Positions 41,850 through 54,406 of a DNA stretch of 64,000 nucleotides are shown one piece after another. Origin of the DNA: Lama glama (lineage: Eukaryota); NCBI GenBank assembly GCA_028534125.1, contig CM052818.1:31374001-31438000 (forward strand), read 5' to 3'. The stretch's first letter is position 1; every line of letters starts with the position of its first letter. Below the pieces are notes generated by a model. That model was not told the origin of the DNA, searched no databases, and saw nothing but the letters and a program-made list of their open reading frames with translations. A program made the translations under genes and the position numbers.

Positions 41850-42331
41850 TGGCTGTACAGTGACCCCCTCAAAAGATGCCCATGTATTAATCCCTGGAAC
41901 CTGTAAATGTTCCCTTAGTGGCCAAAAACCCAGACTTCATAGATACAATTAAATTAAGTGTTTTGTGATGAGGAGATTATCCTGAACTATCATAGTGGGC
42001 CATAAACACAATCACATACATTCTTTTAAAAGGGAGACAGAGGGAGATTTAACCACGATAGAAGAGAAGACAAGGTGACCACAGAGGCAGGGCATGGAGG
42101 GATGCGTCCCCAAACCAAGGAACACAGGTGGTCACGGAAGTTAGAAGAGGCCAGGAGCAGATTCTTCCCTAGAGCTTCTGGAGGTGGTACAGCCCTCTGA
42201 TGCTCTGACCTCAGCCCATTGATACTGATTTCAGACTTCTGCCTTCCAGAACTGTGAAAAAATTAATTCCTATTGCATTAAGCCACCAACTCTGTGGTAA
42301 TTTATTACAGCAGCCACAAGAAACTAATACA
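41850..42331 (+). mobile_element. MLT1C/D-like MaLR solo LTR
   Basis: ATCCCTGGAACCTGTAAATGTT...GACTTCTG.CCTTCCAGAACTGTGA, ending GCAGCCACAAGAAACTAATACA. Confidence 0.85.
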
Positions 42332-44604
42332 AATACTCACCCATCTAGAAATGTTGTAAAGAGCTAAAAAATATGTATCAGAAAAAAAAGGCCCTTGAAA
42401 AGTCTGAAGTCCAATCACAAGAGAAGACTCAATACAATTTTAGAGTTCTTAATTCAAAATAAGAATATAACACCCCTAATTTTGAGTTAAAGAAATTCTA
42501 ATAAAAAGAGAAGTAAATATCACTGTAGGAATAATTATGCCCAATCTAGATTCAGTTCACGGACGATGAGCCCACTCAGTACAGAAGAACTGTTTATAAT
42601 AAGAGCTTCAGCAAAGATTCAATCTTGATTAACTCTGACTTCTAAGGTCTTTCTTCTCTGAAGGAAAGAGAAGCTAAATTGTGCCGGTTCACTTACTACC
42701 ATAAAAAAACTCAGCAAAATGAGGCCACTTAGCACTCCCTGGACTTCTCTAGATTATTTGAATCCTGCTTCTACACTTCTCTCCATTCCTACAGAGAACA
42801 CAGCAAACTTCCTTCACTTTAATCAGTTGGTCCTGATGAACAGCCATGCTGAAAATACAACTTAAGTTTAAATCTGTAGTTATTCACATTAACAAGTATG
42901 TTATTCTAGTAATTCACAAACTCTCCAGTTTGAATACATCACAAAATATCATTATGTATACGTTTATAATGCAAACAACAAAAACCCAGTAATATATTGT
43001 TACTGAATTTCAGAATGATATAATGGCACATGCAAGAGTATTAAGAGTGCCAAAACAATCGTAACACAGGAAAGGGGAAAAGGGCCAAAAGGATCTCACC
43101 TGAGACTCCCACATTATAGAATCACCCTAAGCAGCTATAGTAAATTACATTCCCCATGGATATTCAGGAACTTAGAAACCTGTACTTATAAAGCATACTC
43201 TTATCCAAATAATCAATCTCTTACACTTAAAGCCACATTAAGTATAGTATACTTTAAACTTAGACTGGATTAAAACAAGCGTTATGGCAGAATTTGTACC
43301 TAGACTGCCTAGGTTCAAATCCTTGTTACTTAATCTCTCTGGGCCTCAGTTTCCTCGGAGATAAAATAAAGAGATTATATTAGCATTTACCTCATAGGGA
43401 AAGTGGTGAGGGCTAAAGGAATTAAAACCTTAAGGCACTTAGAGCTGAATTTAGCACTTAGTGTTAGCTGTTGTTGTTGTTATTATTATTAGCTGTTAAA
43501 AGAGCAGATCCCCATGACTGTCTATGGGCCTCACAGTAGTTTCACAGCTGCCATGCTTACCTTTCATCTTAGAAAACCTAAAGGTGACAAGAGGTGACAA
43601 AATCTCAATAATCTCTGCACTGAAGGCACTGACTTGTTTATCTCCCTCTCTAGACAGTAAGCTCAAGGACAAGACCCATGTCCTATTCAACCAAGTCCAT
43701 CACCCAGTTCATGGTAAGTGTCCAAAAACGTTCAAGTTAAGCAAATAAACATTTTTGTGTTCAAGCCACTCCTACCATCATTTTCCTCCCTAACCCCAAA
43801 AAGGCAAATTTTTATTTAAAGGTACACAATTTGAAGCAAAAATAATTCTAAGGAAGTATTTGTATCACAATAGGAAGGCAGAAATAGTAAGAACCGCAGA
43901 CAAAACTGCCTTCCCCAAGATACCTAAACATTCCTTTGTGGAAAGAGTCACTGTCAAGAGTTACAAACAACCCTTTCACTCCACACTCCCAGGCACACAG
44001 AGCCTAAGAAAGGCTGCCACCTCTCATTTCTCTCCCCGCATCGCCATCTTTATTCCTAGCTCGTACCCACAATGTGCTTCCCCACACGGTTAGACAGTGC
44101 TATCCCTGCTCCAAGGGATTAACGTTCGCTTACAAACACAAAATGGAGGTGATCTCTTATTTGAGATGAAAAACTAAGCCTAAGTCTCCCCTCTATCATT
44201 GCTAGAAGAGTTATCTCCTTCCTGTGAAGAAGTGAACCAACTTAAGTTTTCAGTGATAAAAAGTGGTTAATCATCTCCAGCTTTCCCTGGTGGCTGCCCT
44301 GCCGATTTCCATTCCATCTGCCTCCCAGGTCTCCACAGCAGGATCCCCTGACCCTATTGCCAGTTAGAGAGGACTAGGCAGAGGTATAAGGAACACTTTC
44401 TGTCAAATCTGACTGAAGCTCACAAAGGCCTTTTTTGAGCTTTACCTCACTGCTAAAGGAACTTACGAAAGGCTCTTCTTAGCCCATCATTACATTCAAA
44501 ACCTCATAGCCAAAGGAATCACACCTAGTGCTCATTATCCAAGAGCAATCAGTGTAGATGGGAAAAAGTCACATGGTGATTTCTCTTAAACACATTTCAT
44601 ATTA

Positions 44605-44712
44605 ATGAAAAAGAGATTTGATTAGAATTTTACCCCCAAAATTAAACAAAATACAAATATGAAAAAGAGATTTGATTAGAATTTTACCCACAAAATTAAA
44701 CAAAATACAAAT
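44605..44712. repeat. 54-bp tandem duplication (2 copies, 1 mismatch)
   Basis: ATGAAAAAGAGATTTGATTAGAATTTTACCC(C/A)CAAAATTAAACAAAATACAAAT starting at 44605 and 44659. Confidence 0.95.
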
Positions 44713-45064
44713 CAATTTATTTTTATAATGTATCTTATATTTACCAAAATGTAGGCTACACTTGAAACTATGCACTAATTCTTAGGATAAGGAACTAATC
44801 AACTGGTAGAGTTTGGAACATAATTTTGTGACCAAACTGTAAGACAGTATAATATGACAGCCTTAATTTCACATTTGCCTTTTGCAAGACAATTATATAA
44901 AAGACATTTTTGTAAAAAAAAAAATCTAGATTTCATTACTTAATCCCTGAGTCTTTCCTACTCTTTTAAAATTCTTTTAAAGCACCTCTCTCATCATCAT
45001 TCCTGCTGGCTTTCCTCATGAAACGTTAACTAGTCTGCCATTGCCAAATTCTCACTAGTGCCTC

Positions 45065-46095
45065 TTTTTAAATTAAAGTATAACAGAAAGTATAGAAATC
45101 TTAGATGAGCAACTTGAATATGTACACCCATGTGACCACCAACCATCTTAAGATACAGAACATTTCCATCATTCCAGAAGGTTCCCTCATGCCCCTTCCA
45201 GTCATCACCACCACCACAGCCTGGAGGAACCACTATCCTGAGGTCTATCACCAGGAAATAGCTGTACCTGTTTTTGAACTTCATTTAAAGGGAGTCACAT
45301 AGTATGCAATCTTTTATGTGGCTCATTAAGTCCATGAGATCCACCCATGTTGACGTTCATTCTCTTTTACTGCTTTTGTAATGTTTCATTTTATAAATAT
45401 ACCACAATTTATTCTTCCATTCTACTTCTGATGTACATTTGGGTTTTATCTAATTTTTGGTTATTATGAATAAAGGTGTCATGAACATTCTTTTACTTTA
45501 TTTTCTGGTAGACAAATACATCTATTTCTCTTGGTATACACTTAAGAATGGAATTGATGAATCATGTAGAGGCTTAGACATAGCCAGTTTTCCAAAATGG
45601 CTGTACCATTTTACATTCCTACCAAAATATACAAGAGATCTAGTTGCTCTACATCCTTGCCAATAGCAGCACTGACAGTCATGTTAATTTTAGACATTCC
45701 AGAAAGTGTGTAGTAGTATCTCATTACTGTTTTTCATTACTGTATTAATTAATTTGCATTTCTCCATTGACTGATAATGTTGAACACCTTTCTATATACA
45801 TACCAACCATACAGAGACCCTTTATTAGAAAATGCCTATTTAAAACTTTTGTCCATTTTTAAATTAAATTGTCTTTTTCTTATTAATTTTACACACATTA
45901 ACATACATTCTGGATATGAGTCCTTGGTCAGACAGTAATTGCAAATTGCTTCTTCCAGTCTGTATTTTGCCCTTCATTCTCTTCATGTGTCTTTAGATAG
46001 AGGTTCTCAATTTTAATGAAGTCTGAAGTCAAATTTATCAATCATTGTTACTGTCACTGCTTTCAGAATATTTTCCTAGAAATCTCTGCCTATTC
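45065..46095 (-). mobile_element. Old L1M fragment (3'UTR plus ORF2 end)
   Basis: Reverse L1 motifs CATTCCAGAAGGTTCCCTCATGCCCCTTCCAGTC, GTACCATTTTACATTCCTACCA, TTCTGGATATGAGTCCTT. Confidence 0.8.
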
Positions 46096-46729
46096 TACTC
46101 ACTAGTTCTTTGATTTGTGCTTATAGTTTGAGCAGTTCTTGGCCTTTCTCTGAGTCCATCAACTCGGCAGTGTCTTAGCCAGGTTTGCAGTTTCACCGTG
46201 CAGTCAATGTGGAATGCATTTATGTTGTGTTGGTGCTAGGACAACTCCAGAGTTATGAATGTTTGAGCGGAGATCAGTTTTACAACTAGAGAATTCATTT
46301 GTGATTGCTTCTATATCATAATGACTTCTGTACAAATATATTAAAAACATAATGTTTAAAAAAGGGGAAAAAAACTTTAATACCTGTTATTCTAATTCTA
46401 ACAGTTTAACCTAAATAATACCTTAGATGATTCCTCCCACTCCCTTTGAGTGGCTTTCCTCCAGTGAGTCATCTTTACATCAGACCTGCTGACTCTAATG
46501 ATGTAATTAAGTGCTCTGTAGTCTCAGCAATCTGAAGCCACAAATCTGTTAAACCTGGTTCTGTAACATCTTATTTGACCCAACAACCTCCAAGGTTTTA
46601 CAATTCTCCTGAAATCAGTTACAAAGGACTCCCTGCTCAAGCCTTTTTCCTAAATTACTTAACACTGTCTCTGATCTCCAACCATAGAGTTACCAAAAAA
46701 CCAAAACAAAACACCTTAGTTTTCTTTTT

Positions 46730-47430
46730 ACTCTCTTAGCAGGTGCTCCCCTCCCCTACCCCATTATTCTTCCCACCCAATCTTCCATTCCTTTAAAATG
46801 TGCAGGGCAGACTCTGAACTTTGCTCACAGTTACTGCCCTGGCTCACTCCTGCATCATCTCTTGTCTGGAGTGTGGAAACTGCCTTAACCGGTCTCTTCC
46901 TTACATTCTGTCTTTGACCCTGTCACCACCAAAGTCACTTCACCAGAACATCAAGTTAATCACATTACTCATCTGTTTAAGATCCTTCTACAGGTCTCGC
47001 CGCCCACAGGACAGTCACTCTCTAACCTGAGAATTCACAAGCTGGCCCTAACCTGTCCTGACTTCTCTCAGTAATTTGTGCAAAACTCTGCTCTGACCCT
47101 TGGGCATGCATGCTCTCTCTCTTATCCTGCCTTGGAACTGCTTCCTCTTCTGGCTAGAAGCCCCTTTCTCCTTTTCTCCTGCAGTCAGCAGGATCACCCC
47201 AACAGAAGCAACTGTTCCTTGTGTGTGTTCCCACAGCTCTCTGTACACACCAGAACTGTACAAATTCTTATCACCTGTATTAGTGACTCACTTATTTTTC
47301 TCATTCACTAGTCTACAACATTCTGGACCTGAGGCTTCTCCCGGGCCTCCTCAAGGATAAGCTCAGGAACTAATCTTTACATCCCAAGAACTTGGCAAGG
47401 CAATCCTATGAAGGCTCAAAGAAAGAATGA
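46730..47430 (+). mobile_element. LINE-2 fragment
   Basis: CATCATCTCTTGTCTGGA...TGCCTTAACCGGTCTC and a degenerate 3' tail. Confidence 0.55.
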
Positions 47431-49443
47431 GTGTCCCAGCCACTTTTATTCATGTCACCTTTTACTATAGAGACTAGAAAAATTAGTACAAATATGTCAA
47501 AGCAGTGAACCTAACACAAGGTTTCTTTTAAAAGTCACCCAGCAAATTATTCTTTTAAGGTCTTAATAAGAGCTAAAATCTTTCTCAATAATTGACTTGT
47601 GCTTCCTGTCAGAAATTAGCCACAACTCTTTGTTTCAAAATACTTTTTAAAATAATGGGCATCAAAGACAGGATGAATATACCACTTAACCAAAGTAACT
47701 GTAGTCATCACCATATAAATCATAAAAATTGGATGCCAAGGGAATGAAAGTTATTATCCATACAACTAAAAGACCACAGATAAAATTACTTCGTTGAAAA
47801 ATCCCTTCACATATATCCCCTTAACACAAAACACATCTGCATGACACAAGAAGATCCTATGCATAGTACTTAGGAACACAGACTGGAATCATAGCGGTAG
47901 TTGTGCAATTTGGGGCAAGTAACTTAAAACTTTAGGGTGCCTCAAGTTTCCTCATCTGTAAAGTGAGCGTAGTACTCACTTTACAATGTCACTGGATGAA
48001 TGAGCCCGTGTAAGGCTCCTGGAACAGTGCCTAACAAGCAAATGCATAGTAATACATGTCAACTGTTACCACAGAGTTTTTAACTTTTTAAAGCCCTTTT
48101 AGACACTGCCTTTTAAATTTTTCTGACAACAGCACAGAGAGATTGCTTGGGGAAGAAATGTCCATTTCAGAAATAAGGTACTGATAAGAGAGGTTATATG
48201 ATTTATTTAAACTATTTTAAATGGCAGAGTAGGAACGAGAAACCATACCTAGTCCTACCTTTCCCAGCCCCAACTGACGAACTCTCCATGGATGCAGCTT
48301 GGAATAAAAAGTCTTTTGGGCTTTCCCCATTATTTACCCTTGGTGTCAGCGACTGCCAGACTAAGCACCTGGTGGGAACACACGAACTACCATTTGCTCG
48401 AATTAAAAGGTAGCAGAAGCTCCACTTTCACAGTGCCTGACACACAGCACGCACTCCAAAGACAACTACTGGTGCCTGGAACACAAACTGCCACTGTGAT
48501 TTCTCCATAACAGAACCAGGCAGTCCACAAAATCAAGACTGCTACCAACAAAAGTCATTTAATGTACTTATCTATCACATCAAAGTACAACGTAGCAATA
48601 GAAACTTTAAAAAAAAAAGGACAAAAAATGAAAACGAATGACTTTCTTACTCTCAAAAATATAACAGTTTTGCAAAAAAGGACTTTAATCAAGACAGTTT
48701 GTTGAAAACCAACCCACTAGTTATATTTCATGACAAGTCTCTCCCCAGATAATCAACTGGACAATATTTCATCTCTGTAAGACCTTCACCAATACTTATC
48801 TTCATTACATCCCGGGGCTTAAACTGAATATCAATCCTGAGTCTTACAAGCAGCCACGTGCACATGGAATACAGTTAATGAACTTCGAAGGCAGAGGCAA
48901 TGCTCCCGGGGAATCCATCAGAACTAAGAAAGTACAAGGTAGCAGAACGGCTACTCAACACCTAAGTGCCCTATCTTTTTATTTCTTCTCTTCAAATGGA
49001 CAAGTTGGAGCTCGGATACACGTTAATGTTAAGACTTAATGATTAAGAATTAATTCATCAGACCCTGGCTAGGGCCTACCGTTCCTTTCGTGGCACTGCC
49101 TCTCTGACACCGAGAGGCAGGAATTCGGCGCCCAGAGGGCACACAGATAAGGCAGCTCCAGTGCCTGCCCTCTACAACTCACGTCCAAGCCTCGCACGTG
49201 GTGGGCACCTGGGACCTTTTGCACATCTGATTTTACAGTGTCAGAGCTCAGACTCTGTTCTTGGCGGTGCCTCTCCCGAACCCGCGCAGGTCTGGAGCAG
49301 GAAGTGCTTACTGCTCATCTGTAAACACCGACCGGACACCTGGTCCTTCTCCTCCAGCAGCCACCTGGACTCGGCCCAAGCGGCCCCGCGGCCCCTAACA
49401 CCCGCCAGCCTGCCGAGAGTCGCCTCCCCGCGCCTCCTCTTAC

Positions 49444-49660
49444 CTGAGCCAGCGGCACCACCACCCGCATCGGGACCCCAGTTCCGCGTCAAGAGACCGT
49501 TATCAGGGCCGCAGCCGTGGGAGGCCGACCGCTCAGGGGGAAGAGCCCATGGGGCTGCTCCCCCTTCGCCAACACCGGGATTCCCTGGCCGCCGCCGCCG
49601 CCATTTTCCCCACGCCATAACCCCCACCTGATGGTTCCAGCCTCCTACCTGTGACCAGCA
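49444..49660 (-). other. First exon (probably 5'UTR)
   Basis: Ends GCTGGCTCAG|GTAAGA, with the intron starting at 49443. Lies downstream of the CCAAT and GC boxes. The 5' boundary is estimated. Confidence 0.7.
49533..49604 (-). other. 23-aa upstream ORF MAAAAARESRCWRRGSSPMGSSP*
   Basis: ATG in strong Kozak context (AAAATGG) at 49604 and in-frame TGA at 49535-49533, all within exon 1. Translated by hand; translation in vivo is unproven. Confidence 0.5.
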
Positions 49661-50859
49661 GAGGATGACGCGCGACGCCGTGAGGAGCGCGTGGACGAGC
49701 TGGAGAATCCGTGGGGGCACAACCTCCAAGCAGAACCCGCCGCTAATTCATCTCTAAGCAGGAGGCGTCGGGCCCGTCGCCCTAGTAATGCGTCCTGGCA
49801 GGCTTCATCCTGATTGGCTGCGAGCACCGTGACGCAGTGGCGTCCCCGGCTGCGTGGGAAGCCCGGGTCCCCGGAGCCCCGCCCTTGCTCCCCTGCTGGG
49901 GGCTCCCCTGGCGCCCGTCGTCCAGGGCTCCCTTAAAGGGGCCACGCTCATTTCCCCGTCTGGCCTCCGGGAGAGAAGGGGCCGAGAGAGCCAGCGGGTG
50001 GAAGGCGAGAAACAATAGGAGTAGGAAATCTCAGAAGGCATTGTCCCAGGGAACCTATTGATCCGACCAACACCTAGGATATCAGGGTGAAAATAGAAAT
50101 CTGGGGAGTTTAATTTACAAACCTAATCCACGAGGAAAAGCAGTAGTAGAACCAGTTCTAGCGCTCAGGTTCCTGATGCGCGACCCCGAGCTCTCCCCTA
50201 GCACGAAATGTTTCCCCAAACCTAGGGAGACTTTCCCTCCTCTGAGCATCCTCAACACTTGCATCATGACCCTCAGAAAATGCATTCACCACTTTCTACT
50301 GTGGTATGTCTGTCTCCTAACCTCCTAAAGCTCCGTAATGGTGGGGACTGTGGTTAAATCTCCTTTGATTTCCGTATACAGTGCCTTCCTCCTGTTAACC
50401 TTCAACAAAGACTCACTGAAATAAAATCCTAAACAAAATGCATATAGCCACACTCACACATAGCCACTCATCAGTTATTCACGTGTATTTATGTATTTTA
50501 TTCGTTTATTCAACAAAGCATGGCGGGGGAGGGGTGTGAATATTTTTTTTTTTTTGGAAGTACAAGATTCCTGCCCTCACAAAATTTGTAGTGTAATAAT
50601 AATAGACATCTAGGTTTTGGATGCATAGCTTCCATATAGCTAAATTATACCTCAGAATTCTCTGTGAATCAAAAGTTCCTGTGCTCTTGATCTAAGTCAG
50701 CTTCACAACCTCTCCAATTTTGTTCAGAAATATTGAAATATTTAAGATATGCTGAAATTGTGTTAGAAAATGAAGATAAGGGAAACCCAATACAAAAGCC
50801 AACTCTGCCAATTACCCCTGTAACCTTAGGCCTTGTTTTTTATCTTTAAAATAAGATGG

Positions 50860-51026
50860 CTAGCAGATACTAACATACATATATAATAGATAACCAGCAA
50901 GTTCATACTGTATAGCACAGGGAACTATATTCAATATCTTGTAGTAACTTATGGTGAAAGAGAACATGAAAACGAATATATGTATGTTCCTATATGACAG
51001 AAGTATTGTGCTGTACACCAGAAATT
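50860..51026 (+). mobile_element. L1 3'UTR fragment lacking its tail
   Basis: Reverse complement of the large L1's 3'UTR (CTGTATAGCACAGGGAACTATATTCAATATCTTG). Confidence 0.8.
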
Positions 51027-51259
51027 TTGGAGGAAATGTCCTGGCATGCCCCAGACCATTGGACCACTTCACCGTCTACATAAGGTCTGTGCTTTAGGTA
51101 ATAGTATTGTACCAAGGCTATTTTCTTAGCTTTGATATTTGTTCTACGCTTATATAAAATGTTAACATTAGGGGCAACTGGGTGAAGTGTATGGAAAATC
51201 TCAGTTTTCTTTTTGCATCGCTCTCGTCAATCTAAAACTGTATCAACATCTTAAAAGTA

Positions 51260-54200
51260 GTAATTGTCATTTAAGATTTTCATCAATGCAGGGGTCTTCT
51301 GAATTTCTATGGCATTTATCCATCCTTTGGAAATTATGTGTCTCATTGAGACATCCAGATTACTTGCATTTCTTACTTGTCAGGTCCAAGTAACATGATA
51401 TTTCAATATGATAGACCATCTGTGGAATGGCCAGATGGTCCAGGTCCCTTTGGAATATATGATGACAGAAAACAGGAAAATAAACATAGCCCTAGAGCAG
51501 GACTGTAAACGTATAATGTTTTGTCACATGTGAATGGTATTTTCCTCTGGATATGATATTGTTTTGGTTTACTGTCTCGGTTGGGGTGGGAGTGAAGTGT
51601 TTCCAGGTGCTCCACTTGGTTTTCCTACTACAATAGTTCTTACTCCACAGACTCAGGGCCAATGTGAGGATTTTGTCAACTGCTAACTATGTCCGTTCTA
51701 ATCATACATTTGGAAATCAAGGAAACAATCACTAAGTTGGTAAGAGGAGCCAGTGGATCCATTGTGAGACAGACCTGGGTGAAGACTCCATTTATTATCT
51801 GACTCCAATATGCCCCACTCCATTTATTATCTGACTCCAATATGCCCCCTCCTCTAACAGGGGGGCCACGATGGTGCTTTGGACTCCTGGGAATCCCCAT
51901 CAACTTAGACCCTGTATCTAACATCCCTCACAATATCAGGGTTTACCTCTCTCCCCAGTCTATAGTTATCCAGGAAAATAATCATAAATCACTTCGGAGA
52001 AGGACTGAAGAAATCTGTATATACTTGCCCTGATGTTCCAGGTTCTTCTTTCTAGACACCTAGTCTCTCCTTTTGTCCGTAAATTCTAGGTTTGAGAATA
52101 GGCTCAGGTCTTTAAATCAGGCAAGTTATTATGACTTTCCCATGGAGTGATGTTGACCCCAGCCTTCTGCTCATCCTTTCTTAGTCTCTTCCCATTATAT
52201 GCTTAGCAGGACCCTTTCTGGCTGTCCATCGGTCTTGTCCCTAGAAATACTGTGTACCACTAGACACTGCCATAGGTCAGGTCAGTCTTCCTGCCTGCCA
52301 CTTCATCCTTACTGTCCATTATGGTAACCAGGTCTCCATTGCTTCTCACAGTTGTCTCTGCTAATTCTAGGATCCTGTCATCTCCATTGCTGCTAGAAGA
52401 TCCTGTTCTGTAACAGTTTCTTCCATTGTGAACCATCGTCTGCAGAGGACAAATACCACCAAGCTTCCCAATGATGCTGGTGCTCTTTCCAGAGCATTCT
52501 CTATCACTCTAATAGTCATCCAGGTCTCTGAAGTCATCTGAAGAACATAGCCTGCTGAAAGATTTCTGGTCTTATTTGGTTGATGCATTTTAGCATGCTT
52601 ACTTCTTGGAGATCTTTGATTCCTAGGTCCACATTCTGCCATGACAGTTCTGGTATCTCTGCTTTATTTAATGTGGTCATTTCTTCTCCCAACTTCCAAG
52701 AACCATCCCAGAAATATATTAGAACTGGGTTCCAGAGCTCCTGCCATGTTAGTAAATACTATTCCATAGGAATGTGCCTCTTGTTGGCAAATTTCCCTAA
52801 ACCAGCTTTATATTCTCTGCCCCCTTAATTCCTTAATCCAATACCTCAGGATCCACACATAGGCAGAATTTCCCTGCTGTGAGTCAGGTCCTACAGTCCC
52901 TGTAGGGGCTGTACATAATCCTTTCTCTTTTTTATAGCCCCAGAACTTTCCTGGGCACGTCAAGGGGAGATTTGGCCCATGTTAAGGAAGGGTTGCCTCT
53001 ATCTTCCAACAAGGCAGAGAGGTTTTGCAGGCCCAGATAGTTCAGGGAGTCTGAGGCTTCAAGATTCTCAAGTGCATCTACTCAGGTGGCCCAACCCCAA
53101 GTCTCAAGGGTTTTTTTCCAGCTTTATTGAGATATAATTGACTTATAACATTATGTAAGTTTTATACAACGTGTGTACATATGTGATACATATATATCAC
53201 AAAATGACGACCACAAGAAGGTTAGTTGACACATCTATCATCTCGAGTGTGTGTGTGTGTGTCTGTGTGTGTGTGTCTGTGTGGTAAGAACTTTTAAAAT
53301 CTACTCTCTTGGCAACTTTCAAGTACACAGCACAGTACTATTAACTATAGTCACCAGGTTGTATATTAGGTCCCCAGAACTTATTTATCTTGTAACTGGA
53401 AGTTTGTACCCTTTCACCACCTTCATTTATTTTCCCCAGTCCACACCTCCCCCAACCTCTGGCAACCACCGTTCTCTCTGTTTTTATGAGTTTGTTATTT
53501 TTAGATTCCACATATGAGTGAGATCATACGGTATTTGTCTTTCTCTGTCTGACTTATTTCACTTAGCATAATGCCCTCAGGTTCATCTATGTTCTTGCAA
53601 ATGGCAGGATTTCCTTCTTTTTATGGCTGGATAATATTAATACAACATTTTCTTTATTCATTCATCTGTTGATGGACGCTCAAGTTGTTTCCATGTCTTG
53701 GCTATTGGAAATAATGCTGCAATGAACATGGGGGTTCAGGTATCTCTTTGAGATAGTTATTTCATTTCCTTTGGATATATATTCAGGAGTGGAATTGCTG
53801 ACTCATATGGTAGTCCTATTTTTAATCTTTTGAGTCATCCCTATACTGTTTCCCACACTGGCTATACCAGTTTACATCCCCACCAACAGTACAACAGTTC
53901 ACAGCCTGGCCAGCATATGTTATCCCTTGTCTTCCCGGGGTTCTACTTCTTCCGTATGAAGACTCCGACCTTGACATTGGAGATTTGCCTAAGCTGAGAA
54001 TCAGCCTTCTCTGAAGTTCTGCCACTCTTACATCTAAGCCCTAAGTCTGATCTTCGGCTCTGGCTATCCCCTGGCCGCAGGTAAGAATCTCTTTAAATGT
54101 TTCTAAACAAGCCTTCCAATTCTCACAGGGAGCTTGCTTAGCAACAGTCACCCAGTTCCACAATCCTTGTAGATACTAATTTGCCCCATATCTCCCAAAC

Positions 54201-54404
54201 ACCAGAGATGATGCCCCAGCAAGTACATCCTCTTTCATCTGCATCCTTTCCTGGTTCACTGGAAGCAATCTGCCACACCACAGCACATCAGGAGCAGTCA
54301 GTATTCCCCCTGTAACTAGTGACGGATGCATCCTCATCACCATCCTACCATCAAATGGTTTCTCTTCAGAGTCCCATGTTTGGAGTCTGTTTTCTAGAAC
54401 CAAC
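51260..54404 (-). mobile_element. ERVL-class internal region (gag-pro-partial RT; HERV16/ERV3-16A3-like), decayed
   Basis: Protease motif LDTGS...GPPVR.G...INGV (51676-51924). Degenerate RT motifs resembling YTFTVLPQGY and HYIDDIML at ~51370-51550. Gag-like peptide 52367-52642. Directly abuts the LTR. Confidence 0.8.
53110..53897 (-). mobile_element. L1MA-like 3' fragment inserted into the ERVL gag region, with an internal (GT)n run
   Basis: CAGCTTTATTGAGATATAATTGAC, AAAATCTACTCTCTTGGCAACTTTCAAGTA, CATCCCCACCAACAGT. Confidence 0.85.
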
Positions 54405-54406
54405 TC

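Larger units (their letters stand above)
1..49660 (-). other. 5' portion (first exon, long introns, non-coding exons) of an unidentified gene running off the left edge
   Basis: CpG island with promoter motifs, a canonical minus-strand donor CAG|GTAAGA at its edge, and downstream minus-strand exon candidates with canonical splice sites. No recognisable protein-coding exon. TSS is approximate. Confidence 0.7.
49080..50200. promoter_or_regulatory. CpG-island promoter
   Basis: Sharp rise in GC and CpG against an AT-rich, CpG-poor background. Motifs seen: NF-Y CCAAT box (CAGCCAATCAG on minus, core 49813-49817), GC box GCCCCGCCC 49876-49884, CRE-like TGACGC at 49666 and 49830, YY1-like AAAATGGCGGC (minus, ~49597-49607), ETS CAGGAAGTG 49298-49306. 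Confidence 0.9.

Noticed and set aside
24286..49660. Naming the host gene (the leader architecture loosely reminded me of TMCC1)
   Set aside because: No coding exon is in the window and I cannot verify a sequence match. Many genes share this layout; BLASTN is needed.
49161..50061. Unspliced 60-162-aa ORFs over the CpG island as protein-coding genes
   Set aside because: Non-ATG starts and Pro/Gly/Arg-rich composition expected from GC-rich DNA. The longest reads through a strong splice donor.
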